This document shows positions 1 to 7,334 of a stretch of DNA of 28,362 bases, one piece after another. The notes under the pieces were generated by a model, which saw only the letters and a program-made list of their open reading frames with translations, had not been told where the DNA came from and made no database searches. This DNA comes from a virus (lineage: Duplodnaviria > Caudoviricetes), in IMG/VR virus record IMGVR_UViG_3300030095_001066, positions 1 to 28,362 of that record, one strand, 5' to 3'. The position numbers and the translations under genes were made by a program. The first letter of the stretch is position 1, and every line of letters starts with the position of its first letter.

Positions 1-1
1 T

Positions 2-64
2 GTAGAGTATGCAAGAAAGCGATTGAAAGACAACAAAAGAGTTTATTATTCTTGTAGTTGGTAA
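2..64 (+). CDS. 3' end of a phage hypothetical protein (partial; ...VEYARKRLKDNKRVYYSCSW*)
   Basis: Open frame from position 2 to TAA at 62-64, ending just before the first promoter repeat. Confidence 0.6.
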   Translation, partial: VEYARKRLKDNKRVYYSCSW

Positions 65-71
65 AATAATA

Positions 72-116
72 GGGAACCTTTATTGATTAGGTTAGTATAA
101 GTAATAGAAACAAAAA
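72..116 (+). promoter_or_regulatory. Early promoter copy 1 (GGGAAC-N17-GTATAAG), ECF-sigma-like
   Basis: The 45 bp are identical to 698-742. Intergenic and upstream of a + strand gene. Confidence 0.85.
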
Positions 117-188
117 TACTTGCCATTGGTGTGCATTGAACAATGTGGCATAATAGTCTTTGCAGTCTGTGAAAGTCAGGCCAAGTAT
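116..188 (+). ncRNA. Candidate structured leader RNA between promoter and RBS
   Basis: ATACTTG (116-122) pairs with CAAGTAT (182-188), with possible inner hairpins. The segment is absent from the other promoter-RBS copies. Confidence 0.35.
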
Positions 189-212
189 AAAACAAAAACA
201 AAAGGAGAGCAG

Positions 213-503
213 ATGAATACGATTGAATATAAAAGAAATAAAAAATGGTATGAAAAAGCATTCAAATTGCTAGTGAATAAAAAAATAATAGCGGTTGGTT
301 GGCAAAAATGGGATGCAGAAGATGAATATTCTTCTACAGGATTAGTATTTAAAGTGGATGATGGAACACAATTCTTTGTAGGTTGTGATGATGAAGGCAA
401 TGACGCAGGTGCATTACATTGGCAAGATGACAAAGATTATAATGTATTGCCTGTTGGTGTTGCTTCAGTAAATGAAATGAGAAAACAAAAGGAGAACAAA
501 TGA
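213..503 (+). CDS. Hypothetical phage protein (96 aa; DDEGNxAG motif)
   Basis: ORF 120..503 re-started at ATG 213, which follows the AAAAGGAG RBS. Confidence 0.85.
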   Translation: MNTIEYKRNKKWYEKAFKLLVNKKIIAVGWQKWDAEDEYSSTGLVFKVDDGTQFFVGCDDEGNDAGALHWQDDKDYNVLPVGVASVNEMRKQKENK

Positions 504-688
504 ACGAATACGTAAACAAAAAAGACGCACAACAAAGAATAAATTATATTTTACTTGAAAGAGTAATATCTAATTTAGATGAGCTAGAAGATGATATGCG
601 AGGTGAAGCAGAAGTAAACCCACACGCATACAGAGTAGGATTAAATAAATTAATACTAGAAAAAATAATACAACAAATTAATGTATAG
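500..688 (+). CDS. Hypothetical protein (62 aa)
   Basis: AAAAGGAG RBS; overlaps the upstream stop. Confidence 0.8.
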   Translation: MNEYVNKKDAQQRINYILLERVISNLDELEDDMRGEAEVNPHAYRVGLNKLILEKIIQQINV

Positions 689-697
689 AAAATAGTT

Positions 698-742
698 GGG
701 AACCTTTATTGATTAGGTTAGTATAAGTAATAGAAACAAAAA
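698..742 (+). promoter_or_regulatory. Early promoter copy 2
   Basis: Exact 45-bp match to 72-116, followed by an AAAGGAG RBS and ATG 756. Confidence 0.85.
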
Positions 743-755
743 CAAAGGAGCAAGA

Positions 756-1013
756 ATGAAATTAGCAGGAAGTGGAATAGATGAAGTAAGACTATGGAAT
801 TTGTCAATGTCATTACAAGATGTAGTTAATGAGATGAACCAAATGCAATTACCCTTAGATGAGGAGGGACAAGAAAAGTTGTTCAATAAGATACAACGCA
901 TGAACGAAATCTATGGAATTATAATTGATATAATCTGTTGTAATCCTAAGATGACAGAGTTCTTAAAGGAGTATTCAGAAGGACAAATAAAAATTGACAC
1001 GTATTGCGAGTAA
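756..1013 (+). CDS. Hypothetical protein (85 aa)
   Basis: ORF with RBS directly behind promoter copy 2. Confidence 0.8.
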   Translation: MKLAGSGIDEVRLWNLSMSLQDVVNEMNQMQLPLDEEGQEKLFNKIQRMNEIYGIIIDIICCNPKMTEFLKEYSEGQIKIDTYCE

Positions 1014-1036
1014 CAAATAAAACAAAAGGAGAACAA

Positions 1037-1459
1037 ATGAACGAACAAAAAACAAGATACTTTAAACATAACATAGATGGTAGTGTCCAAGAGATTTGGG
1101 TGCCAATGTATTTAAATTATTATGAGGCAAAAGAACTGATAGAAACTATTATAGGGCAACCCCCAAATAAATTTCTACAAGAAAGTATAGGAGAAAAAGA
1201 ATATCACCCCCATAAAGAAGAACACCCTGATTGGACTGAAAAAGAAATAAACTTTTCAAAAGAATTGTGGAAAGATTTTATGGATTGGTTTTGGGGTAAT
1301 GGTAGATGGTATGATGAGTTTACAGGCTATAATATATCGTCAGATAGTGATAGTGTAAATGGTGCTTTTCATAAAAACTTAAAGTTTTTTGAGGATAGTT
1401 TAGAATTATACTTTGAAGATGTTAAAGAAAAAAGATGGAGAGATGGGAACAAAAAATAG
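1037..1459 (+). CDS. Hypothetical protein (140 aa, acidic/aromatic)
   Basis: ORF 1004..1459 re-started at ATG 1037 after the AAAAGGAG RBS. Confidence 0.8.
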   Translation: MNEQKTRYFKHNIDGSVQEIWVPMYLNYYEAKELIETIIGQPPNKFLQESIGEKEYHPHKEEHPDWTEKEINFSKELWKDFMDWFWGNGRWYDEFTGYNISSDSDSVNGAFHKNLKFFEDSLELYFEDVKEKRWRDGNKK

Positions 1460-1474
1460 TTAAGTGAGTATAAG
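1445..1474 (+). promoter_or_regulatory. Early promoter copy 3
   Basis: GGGAAC + 17 nt + GTATAAG. The spacer sequence differs but its length is conserved, and the same leader/RBS as copies 1-2 follows. Confidence 0.8.
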
Positions 1475-1503
1475 TAATAGAAACAAAAACAAAAGGAGAG
1501 CAG

Positions 1504-1962
1504 ATGAAAGTATATAGAAAAAACCACAAGAACGAAGTTATGAAAGCAGGTAGATATTACATAGGAGATTTATGTTATATCTTAGATGAGAAAGATTGGG
1601 GAGAGGTATGTGATTTAATATTTCCCTTTAATGAAAAACATAATCACAAAGATGTAGCTAATGTAGAACTTGGCGGAAAGTTTACATTAAAAAATGGAAA
1701 GATTATATCTTTGTATGGAACTGAACATGGAGATGGGACATATCATATAAAGAATATGAAAGATAATAACATAGGAAAACTTTATGTAGATAGCGGAACA
1801 TTAGGTTGTGTTATGATACAAGATAAAAGTGAACTGCCTATGGGTAGTGGATTTAAGACGAAAACATTTAAAGAAGATTTTGAGTTGGACTATACCAATA
1901 GCGGAGAGATTGTATTTAAAAATCTTGATGGAGATTGGATAGCATATATACCAACAAAGTAA
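1504..1962 (+). CDS. Conserved phage hypothetical protein (YYIGDLCY...GDGTY...VDSGTLG; possibly DUF4241-like)
   Basis: 152-aa ORF with strong RBS; the motif pattern is familiar from phage hypothetical proteins. Confidence 0.75.
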   Translation: MKVYRKNHKNEVMKAGRYYIGDLCYILDEKDWGEVCDLIFPFNEKHNHKDVANVELGGKFTLKNGKIISLYGTEHGDGTYHIKNMKDNNIGKLYVDSGTLGCVMIQDKSELPMGSGFKTKTFKEDFELDYTNSGEIVFKNLDGDWIAYIPTK

Positions 1963-1966
1963 GACT

Positions 1967-2114
1967 TGGGGGTGGTGGATATTGTCGCTACTCTTTGCGA
2001 GAGAGTATTTGTTAGGGTAGTAAGTAGTGAGAGAAAATGTTATATGTGCGTCTGCGGATGCTAATAAGAATATCTTACTAGTTATTGCATAGCAATTATA
2101 TTCAGAAACCCCCG
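1967..2114 (+). ncRNA. Candidate multi-stem ncRNA (~150 nt)
   Basis: GGGGGT (1968-1973)/ACCCCC (2108-2113), TGGATAT/ATATTCA, TACTCT/AGAGTA, TAGTAAG/CTTACTA and GCGTC/GATGC form nested helices. No ORF. Confidence 0.5.
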
Positions 2115-2231
2115 CTAGATTTGAGGTGCAGATAGAAGAGGAAAACTGCTTAAAACATTCCTGACTTACGACTATTAATCTGTTAGGGGATTATGAAAAG
2201 TTAAGATAGAACAATGCCTTAAAAGATTTAT

Positions 2232-2261
2232 GGGAACTTTATTTAATTAGGTTCGTATAAG
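2232..2261 (+). promoter_or_regulatory. Early promoter copy 4
   Basis: GGGAAC + 17 nt + GTATAAG. No ORF follows. Confidence 0.8.
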
Positions 2262-2283
2262 TAGTATTAAAAGATATTTAAAA

Positions 2284-2615
2284 ATTGGAGATTATAAAAA
2301 ACTATACAAAGATAGTTTAAGTTGATAGGGTTGAGCAGACATAGCAATATATTGCGTTGAGGTTTGAATAAACTTACATTAACGGCTTTGAGTTTTCTGA
2401 ACTTTGTAAATTCAGTTATCAATCGGAAGTGGGCGACGAGAAAGTATGAAAGCTTTATATAATCTTGGAGAGAAACTAAGAGATATAAAATAAGTAATAT
2501 GAGTAAGCGTGGTTATATGACTTACAAGAGGGTATATATTAACAGGCGAGGTATGATTGAGGTTAAACAACGGAGAAAGAGATAGGTAAGAACGCTAACA
2601 ACAATAATCTCCAAT
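2284..2615 (+). ncRNA. Candidate ~330-nt structured ncRNA with its own promoter
   Basis: Perfect 12-bp terminal helix ATTGGAGATTAT (2284-2295)/ATAATCTCCAAT (2604-2615) and several internal hairpins. It fills the gap between promoters 4 and 5. Confidence 0.6.
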
Positions 2616-2623
2616 AAATAATT

Positions 2624-2653
2624 GGGAACTTTAATTAACAAAAGGAGTATAAG
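2624..2653 (+). promoter_or_regulatory. Early promoter copy 5
   Basis: GGGAAC + 17 nt + GTATAAG. Confidence 0.8.
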
Positions 2654-2657
2654 TAGT

Positions 2658-2855
2658 ATGAATAACAAAAAAATAATACAGGCAATCAAAGAGTGGTTAG
2701 CAGATAATATAGTAACTGATGATGAAATTAGTGACATATCAGATGGGACACACGATATAGTGTATGGAAGAAAAGAGTTAGCAGTTTCTATGCTAGAAAA
2801 AATACATACATGGGAGAGATTTCCTGAAAACATAATAACAAGAGAGAAAAGATGA
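2658..2855 (+). CDS. Hypothetical protein (65 aa)
   Basis: ORF 2622..2855 re-started at ATG 2658; ATGA overlap with the next gene. Confidence 0.7.
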   Translation: MNNKKIIQAIKEWLADNIVTDDEISDISDGTHDIVYGRKELAVSMLEKIHTWERFPENIITREKR

Positions 2856-3214
2856 ATGAATACAAAGCAAACCCCAACATAGAAACAGGTGGGACATACA
2901 GGTTCGGAGAGGTGATGTTAAAACCAGTGGAACTATTGATGGTGTTTGGTAAGCCACACGTTATGGATAGTTACAAGGTATCAGGTGAGTATCTGTTTGA
3001 ACACAGAGAAACAGGAACACCAGTAACTTTATATGATTGGAAGTATACTACTCTGTATGAATCAGATGGTATTGAACCAGTAGATTTTTGGAAGTTAGAT
3101 GAGGAGGTTCAGTTCAATATAGGTTCAAACAATAGTTATGCTTTTGGATTTGATGAATGGATAAAATCTTTTATTAAAGATGAGTTAAATAAAATAAACA
3201 AAGGAGAGAGATAA
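2852..3214 (+). CDS. Conserved phage hypothetical protein (TLYDWK motif)
   Basis: 120-aa ORF, translationally coupled on both sides. Confidence 0.8.
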   Translation: MNEYKANPNIETGGTYRFGEVMLKPVELLMVFGKPHVMDSYKVSGEYLFEHRETGTPVTLYDWKYTTLYESDGIEPVDFWKLDEEVQFNIGSNNSYAFGFDEWIKSFIKDELNKINKGER

Positions 3215-3513
3215 TGGGTAAAATGAGTGAGTTAGATAGACAGAGGCGTGAATTACTTGAGGTATGTAGAGAAGTAGAAGTGGAGGAGCTAGTGAAAAAA
3301 GAGGAGCTAGTGAAAAATATTGATGATACCGACACTATACATATACCAGTCTATTATTCAATAGATGATGAGACAGGTATTACACACTACGATACAGATA
3401 GTATGCGTGATTTCTTTGATAAAGAAATCAAACAACTAGAAGACAACACACAAGCAGAGGTTGATGGATGGAATGAGAAACAACAAGACTATGCTATGGA
3501 TAGCATGGCATAA
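3214..3513 (+). CDS. Hypothetical acidic protein (99 aa)
   Basis: AAAGGAG RBS; TAATG coupling. Confidence 0.8.
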   Translation: MGKMSELDRQRRELLEVCREVEVEELVKKEELVKNIDDTDTIHIPVYYSIDDETGITHYDTDSMRDFFDKEIKQLEDNTQAEVDGWNEKQQDYAMDSMA

Positions 3514-3737
3514 TGAATGACAATGGATTAGAAGCATTAAAAATAATAAAACAAATACAAGGAGAAGTAACAATGAATAAAGATAGTAAGCTAGACGAGT
3601 TAGTTAGCGAAGTCTTTAAAGAACTATACAATATAGAGCAACAAGTATTAAGGTTAAGATTGTTGCTTGGACATTTAGAAGAACGTGCTAAAAAAGACAG
3701 AGACAAAAGAAAAATATTAGAACATGAAATACTATGA
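3513..3737 (+). CDS. Hypothetical coiled-coil protein (74 aa; alternative start at 3573)
   Basis: TAATG coupling; an internal AAGGAG RBS precedes a second ATG. Confidence 0.7.
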   Translation: MNDNGLEALKIIKQIQGEVTMNKDSKLDELVSEVFKELYNIEQQVLRLRLLLGHLEERAKKDRDKRKILEHEIL

Positions 3738-3764
3738 AACTTAATTTAGTTTCATGCGTATAAG
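3734..3764 (+). promoter_or_regulatory. Variant promoter copy 6 (TGAAAC-N16-CGTATAAG) with overlapping 8-bp inverted repeat
   Basis: Same spacing and -10 element as the other copies; inverted repeat ATGAAACT (3734-3741)/AGTTTCAT (3748-3755). Confidence 0.6.
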
Positions 3765-3793
3765 ATATATAAAAAAAGAAAGAGAGAAAGATA

Positions 3794-4132
3794 GTGAGAG
3801 ATTACACAACAGATAGTATTGAATCAAAATATAGAGCAGACATAGAAAAGCTTGGGACTTATTCAGTGATTATACCATTGGATAGAACAGACATAGGATG
3901 TTATGTAGAGGGGTTTGATGACATGGACAGAAAAGATAGTGATGAACTTTGTAGAGAGGTTATTAATGTATTAGAGTTTGAGATATTAGTAATGAACAAT
4001 ACAACCGAAGACAATACAAACAATAAGTTTATGACTTTGGTAAAGAATTGCACACAAAAAATATGTAGGATGAACAACTTAACATTCATAGATAAGGATA
4101 AGTTATTCTTATTAGGAGAGGCAAGTGCTTGA
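3794..4132 (+). CDS. Hypothetical protein (112 aa)
   Basis: GTG start; overlaps the next gene. Confidence 0.7.
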   Translation: MRDYTTDSIESKYRADIEKLGTYSVIIPLDRTDIGCYVEGFDDMDRKDSDELCREVINVLEFEILVMNNTTEDNTNNKFMTLVKNCTQKICRMNNLTFIDKDKLFLLGEASA

Positions 4133-4859
4133 TGTAAAAGAAATATATGCAGGATACTTAAAGAAACTAAATGAGGATAATCGTATCAACAGATACGAAG
4201 ACAGGGAACATTGGTTCCATGCCTCATCCAGTGGAATGTGTATGCGTAAGATATATTACAACAGTGTAGAGAAAGTAGAAAGCACAGAGATAGATGAGAA
4301 CACATTGAGGCTATTTAGACTTGGTGATTTGGTTCATGGGGATATACAGGATGCTTTAACTCTACATGGAGAGAAAGAAAAAGTAGATGTATTGATTGAA
4401 GAAGAGATACAGATACAGGACATAAATGTCAGAGGCTTCTTTGATATATGTATAGTTGATGATGATGCAATGTATGATATAAAAACGTGCAATAGTTTTA
4501 AGTGGAGGAACTTGTTTGGTAGAACACCTGACCCTGAACCTGCGGAGAATTATGCGTTGCAGTTAGGCACCTATGCATACTGGTATCAACAGAAGTATGA
4601 TGTTGAATTACAGAAGTTGGCATTGATTTATTATAACAAAGACAACTCTTTAATGAGAGAAGTCAATGTCCCTAAGTCCTTTATTGATAAGGCTTACAGG
4701 TATTGGCAAGATGTGAATGAACGATTTAAAATTGGGATACCAGAAGTATCTTTAGGCACCGCACCAGTATATGAGTGGGAGTGTAATGTTAAATATTGTG
4801 GCTACTTCAACCACTGCGGAGGTGGATTGAAGGGTCAAAGCAAATGGAGTAAACGATAG
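4125..4859 (+). CDS. Cas4-like / PD-(D/E)xK exonuclease with predicted Fe-S cluster
   Basis: N-terminal CMRK, GDLVH, RGFFD...YDIKT and QLGTY motifs, plus three C-terminal Cys (WECNVKYCGYFNHC). Confidence 0.85.
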   Translation: MLDVKEIYAGYLKKLNEDNRINRYEDREHWFHASSSGMCMRKIYYNSVEKVESTEIDENTLRLFRLGDLVHGDIQDALTLHGEKEKVDVLIEEEIQIQDINVRGFFDICIVDDDAMYDIKTCNSFKWRNLFGRTPDPEPAENYALQLGTYAYWYQQKYDVELQKLALIYYNKDNSLMREVNVPKSFIDKAYRYWQDVNERFKIGIPEVSLGTAPVYEWECNVKYCGYFNHCGGGLKGQSKWSKR

Positions 4860-5222
4860 ATGAGTGATAAAGTAAAATTATATAGCCGTACTGGATACGG
4901 AGAGTGGAACGAGAAAGTTGTAGGTAAAGCAAAACAATTCTGTGTTCTTTGTAGAGATGCTCTTGATGTGCTGTATAAAAACGGCATAGCAATATGGACA
5001 GATGGACACAATGCAGAGCCAATGAGTAGTGGTAGGTGTTGTAACTATTGCAACGATACAAAAGTAATACCTGCAAGGATTAGATTAATTGCAGGAGAAG
5101 ACCCAAAGATTGAGGGATTCTATGAAGACCTTCTTGAGATGGATGAACTTATGTCATCAGTTCAAAGAGTTTGGGATTTAGAATCTTCAAAGTTAAAGTT
5201 AAAGAAAAAAACAAAGGAGTAA
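4860..5222 (+). CDS. Zn-binding phage protein (CxxC...GHNAEP...RCCxxCN)
   Basis: Cys motif pattern; start is adjacent to the upstream stop. Confidence 0.75.
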   Translation: MSDKVKLYSRTGYGEWNEKVVGKAKQFCVLCRDALDVLYKNGIAIWTDGHNAEPMSSGRCCNYCNDTKVIPARIRLIAGEDPKIEGFYEDLLEMDELMSSVQRVWDLESSKLKLKKKTKE

Positions 5223-5224
5223 CA

Positions 5225-5545
5225 ATGGCTAAAACATTAGCAAATGGAAGAAAAAAAGCAGTCAATACAAAAACTTATGCAACAGGTAGAAAGAAACATT
5301 CTAACATACCTACCTTAAAGACAGGTAGAGCGAGGATAACTTCAGCTAAAGGTAGACCAAGCAAAACTTTATATGTGTTAAAACATTTAGAGGAGCATGG
5401 GAGTATCACTAGTTGGGATGCTATACAATTATATAGTGCAACTAGATTGTCAGGTATCATCTTTACCTTAAAAGAACAGGGGTATGTGATTGAAACTACT
5501 GGCGGTGCAGGTAGAAACTTTGCTACATATCATTTAAGAAGTTAA
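5225..5545 (+). CDS. Winged helix-turn-helix DNA-binding protein (HTH_39-like)
   Basis: VLKHLEEHGSITSWDAIQLYSATRLSGIIFTLKEQGYVIET motif; AAAGGAG RBS before ATG 5225. Confidence 0.8.
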   Translation: MAKTLANGRKKAVNTKTYATGRKKHSNIPTLKTGRARITSAKGRPSKTLYVLKHLEEHGSITSWDAIQLYSATRLSGIIFTLKEQGYVIETTGGAGRNFATYHLRS

Positions 5546-5553
5546 AAATAGTT

Positions 5554-5583
5554 GGGAACTTTTTAAAGTTAGTGGCATATAAG
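5554..5583 (+). promoter_or_regulatory. Early promoter copy 7, followed by a 5' hairpin (5590-5617)
   Basis: GGGAAC + 17 nt + ATATAAG; TAAGCCAA/TTGGCTTA stem near the expected start site. Confidence 0.75.
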
Positions 5584-5636
5584 TAGTAGTAAGCCAAAGC
5601 AATGGTGCCTTGGCTTAAACCAATAAGGACTTAAAA

Positions 5637-5816
5637 ATGAACGAAAAAATAAATAAAAGAATCACTGAAAATTGGAACTTAATTAAATGGAAAAGTGAAC
5701 AACGAAATGTAGAACAAGAGTTAATTAATTTAATTGAGAGAGAACAAAGCTTTTTAATTGATTTATTAGAAGATGAACAAGTAAAACAATTAAATAAACA
5801 AAGGAAAAAACAATGA
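5637..5816 (+). CDS. Hypothetical protein (59 aa; not in ORF track)
   Basis: TAAGGA RBS; open frame MNEKINKRI...KQRKKQ*; ATGA overlap. Confidence 0.65.
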   Translation: MNEKINKRITENWNLIKWKSEQRNVEQELINLIEREQSFLIDLLEDEQVKQLNKQRKKQ

Positions 5817-5983
5817 GTGAAGATGAAGATAGAGGAGTGTTAGTCTGCTGTGATTGCGGTGGTTCACCTAGTAGTGAGCCTATGGAAGACGTAGGATGTA
5901 ATATATGGTCTGCCCTATGTGCTGTATGCAGAGACTGGGCTGACTTTAAATATGAAAAAGACATGGAGGAAGAGAATGACTGA
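5813..5983 (+). CDS. Small Zn-finger protein (56 aa; CCDC...CAVC; not in ORF track)
   Basis: AAAGGA RBS; two CxxC pairs. Confidence 0.7.
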   Translation: MSEDEDRGVLVCCDCGGSPSSEPMEDVGCNIWSALCAVCRDWADFKYEKDMEEEND

Positions 5984-6140
5984 ATTTGATAAAGCAATAA
6001 AGTTACAAAGAGAGATTGATGAGCTTAAAAAACATAATATACTAATTGGGATAGATGATAAACTAAAACAATTAGATAGCTTAGGTTATGAATACATGGA
6101 GCACAACATGACTTCTTCAATAAGAAAGAAAAGAAAATGA
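5976..6140 (+). CDS. Hypothetical protein (54 aa)
   Basis: ORF 5919..6140 re-started at ATG 5976 after GGAGG. Confidence 0.65.
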   Translation: MTEFDKAIKLQREIDELKKHNILIGIDDKLKQLDSLGYEYMEHNMTSSIRKKRK

Positions 6141-6280
6141 CAAAAGTAATTGACAATGCTTGGGATATAAAAAAAGAAAAGCATTTAAACCCTAATAATA
6201 TTATATTCAAGGACAAGAAGTATGTCAAGATATACAACGACATGAAAAAAGTAAACGATAAAATAAAGGAGAAACGATGA
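6137..6280 (+). CDS. Hypothetical protein (47 aa; not in ORF track)
   Basis: ATGA overlaps at both ends and fills the gap exactly. Confidence 0.55.
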   Translation: MTKVIDNAWDIKKEKHLNPNNIIFKDKKYVKIYNDMKKVNDKIKEKR

Positions 6281-6951
6281 GAGTAGAAACAACAATGTCA
6301 GAATCAATCAAGAACTTAGCATCAGCACAAGTTAAAGTTCAACAAGAGATTGAAGACATGGCACACGACAGTAAAGGCTATGGATATAATTATACATCAT
6401 ACGATGCATTAGTTAAATACCTTAGACCATTACTAACCAAACATGGAATATCATTTGTTCAGATGCCAGTAGGCTCTAGCAGTGAGATAGGTGTTGAGAC
6501 TTTGTATATGCACACATCAGGAGAGTGGATACGTAGCGGTATGATGACACCGATTGCAGACTCTAAAGGTATGAACATATATCAGTCTGTAGGTTCAGCT
6601 ATTACTTACTTCAGAAGATACAGCTTATCAGCATTCGTGGGTATTGCTAGTGATGCAGACAATGATGTAAAGTCTATAGAGGTTGATGCTAAACCTATAA
6701 ACAAACCTGCAGCTAAACCTAAAAAGGTAGTTAAAGTAAAGGGTGAACCAATATCATCCACCGATGCAGTGATATTACGTGGTATGTGTCAAGGACTAAC
6801 TAGTGATACAAAAGAAAAAGTTAGAGAAGGACTTGAAAGTAATCGTATAAATGCATCTAACATTGAAGATACAAAGAAATGGTTAGAAGGATTGATTGAT
6901 GCACAAGACACTACTTTATCACAAGAAGAAGTAGAGAAAGTTTTCAGTTGA
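6277..6951 (+). CDS. erf: ERF-family single-strand annealing protein (recombinase)
   Basis: GYNYTS, HGISFVQ, HTSGEWI and GSAITYFRRYSLSAFVGIASDADND signature motifs. Confidence 0.9.
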   Translation: MRVETTMSESIKNLASAQVKVQQEIEDMAHDSKGYGYNYTSYDALVKYLRPLLTKHGISFVQMPVGSSSEIGVETLYMHTSGEWIRSGMMTPIADSKGMNIYQSVGSAITYFRRYSLSAFVGIASDADNDVKSIEVDAKPINKPAAKPKKVVKVKGEPISSTDAVILRGMCQGLTSDTKEKVREGLESNRINASNIEDTKKWLEGLIDAQDTTLSQEEVEKVFS

Positions 6952-6982
6952 TTATAGATAGTCAAACACTTAAATTAAATCA

Positions 6983-7318
6983 ATGAAGACAAAAACAGTA
7001 AAAATAAAAAAGAAAGTAGTAGGAAATGTAAAGGGTGAAACCTTTATTAGAGAATTAGATTCTTCTAAAGATTTCCTACGAACTCCACCAGCAATAACTT
7101 TTGATGAATTGGCTCTGTCAAAAGCTGAAGAGTTGGGTGCGAACAAAATAAAAGTTGAAGATACTTTAACAGGTATTAATTATTATTCAACTATCAATGC
7201 TGTCCGCTCTAGGGGTTTTGCTTTCAACAGAGGACTTGGTAGTCAGGTTGGTCTTGCACTATCAGAATGGAGTAAGAATGAAGAGAGCCAAGTTAAAATA
7301 TTCGATAGCACAGAATAA
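6983..7318 (+). CDS. Conserved phage hypothetical protein (111 aa)
   Basis: ORF in operon orientation. Confidence 0.75.
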   Translation: MKTKTVKIKKKVVGNVKGETFIRELDSSKDFLRTPPAITFDELALSKAEELGANKIKVEDTLTGINYYSTINAVRSRGFAFNRGLGSQVGLALSEWSKNEESQVKIFDSTE

Positions 7319-7334
7319 AAAAGGTAATCATACC

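Noticed and set aside
1968-2114. tmRNA or tRNA, because the element starts GGGGGTG
   Set aside because: No T-arm (GTTCGA) or CCA end, and the length is wrong.
2136-2221. RNase P RNA, from GAGGAAAA...AGAAC...CTTA resemblance
   Set aside because: P4 complementarity is absent and the region is far too short.
72-5583. CRISPR array suggested by recurring repeats plus a Cas4-like gene
   Set aside because: The repeats are hundreds of bp apart, separated by genes, and have promoter architecture. There are no other cas genes, and solo Cas4-like nucleases are common in phages.
5673-5700. Additional GGAAC promoter copy
   Set aside because: No GTATAAG-like -10 at the conserved distance, and it lies inside an ORF.
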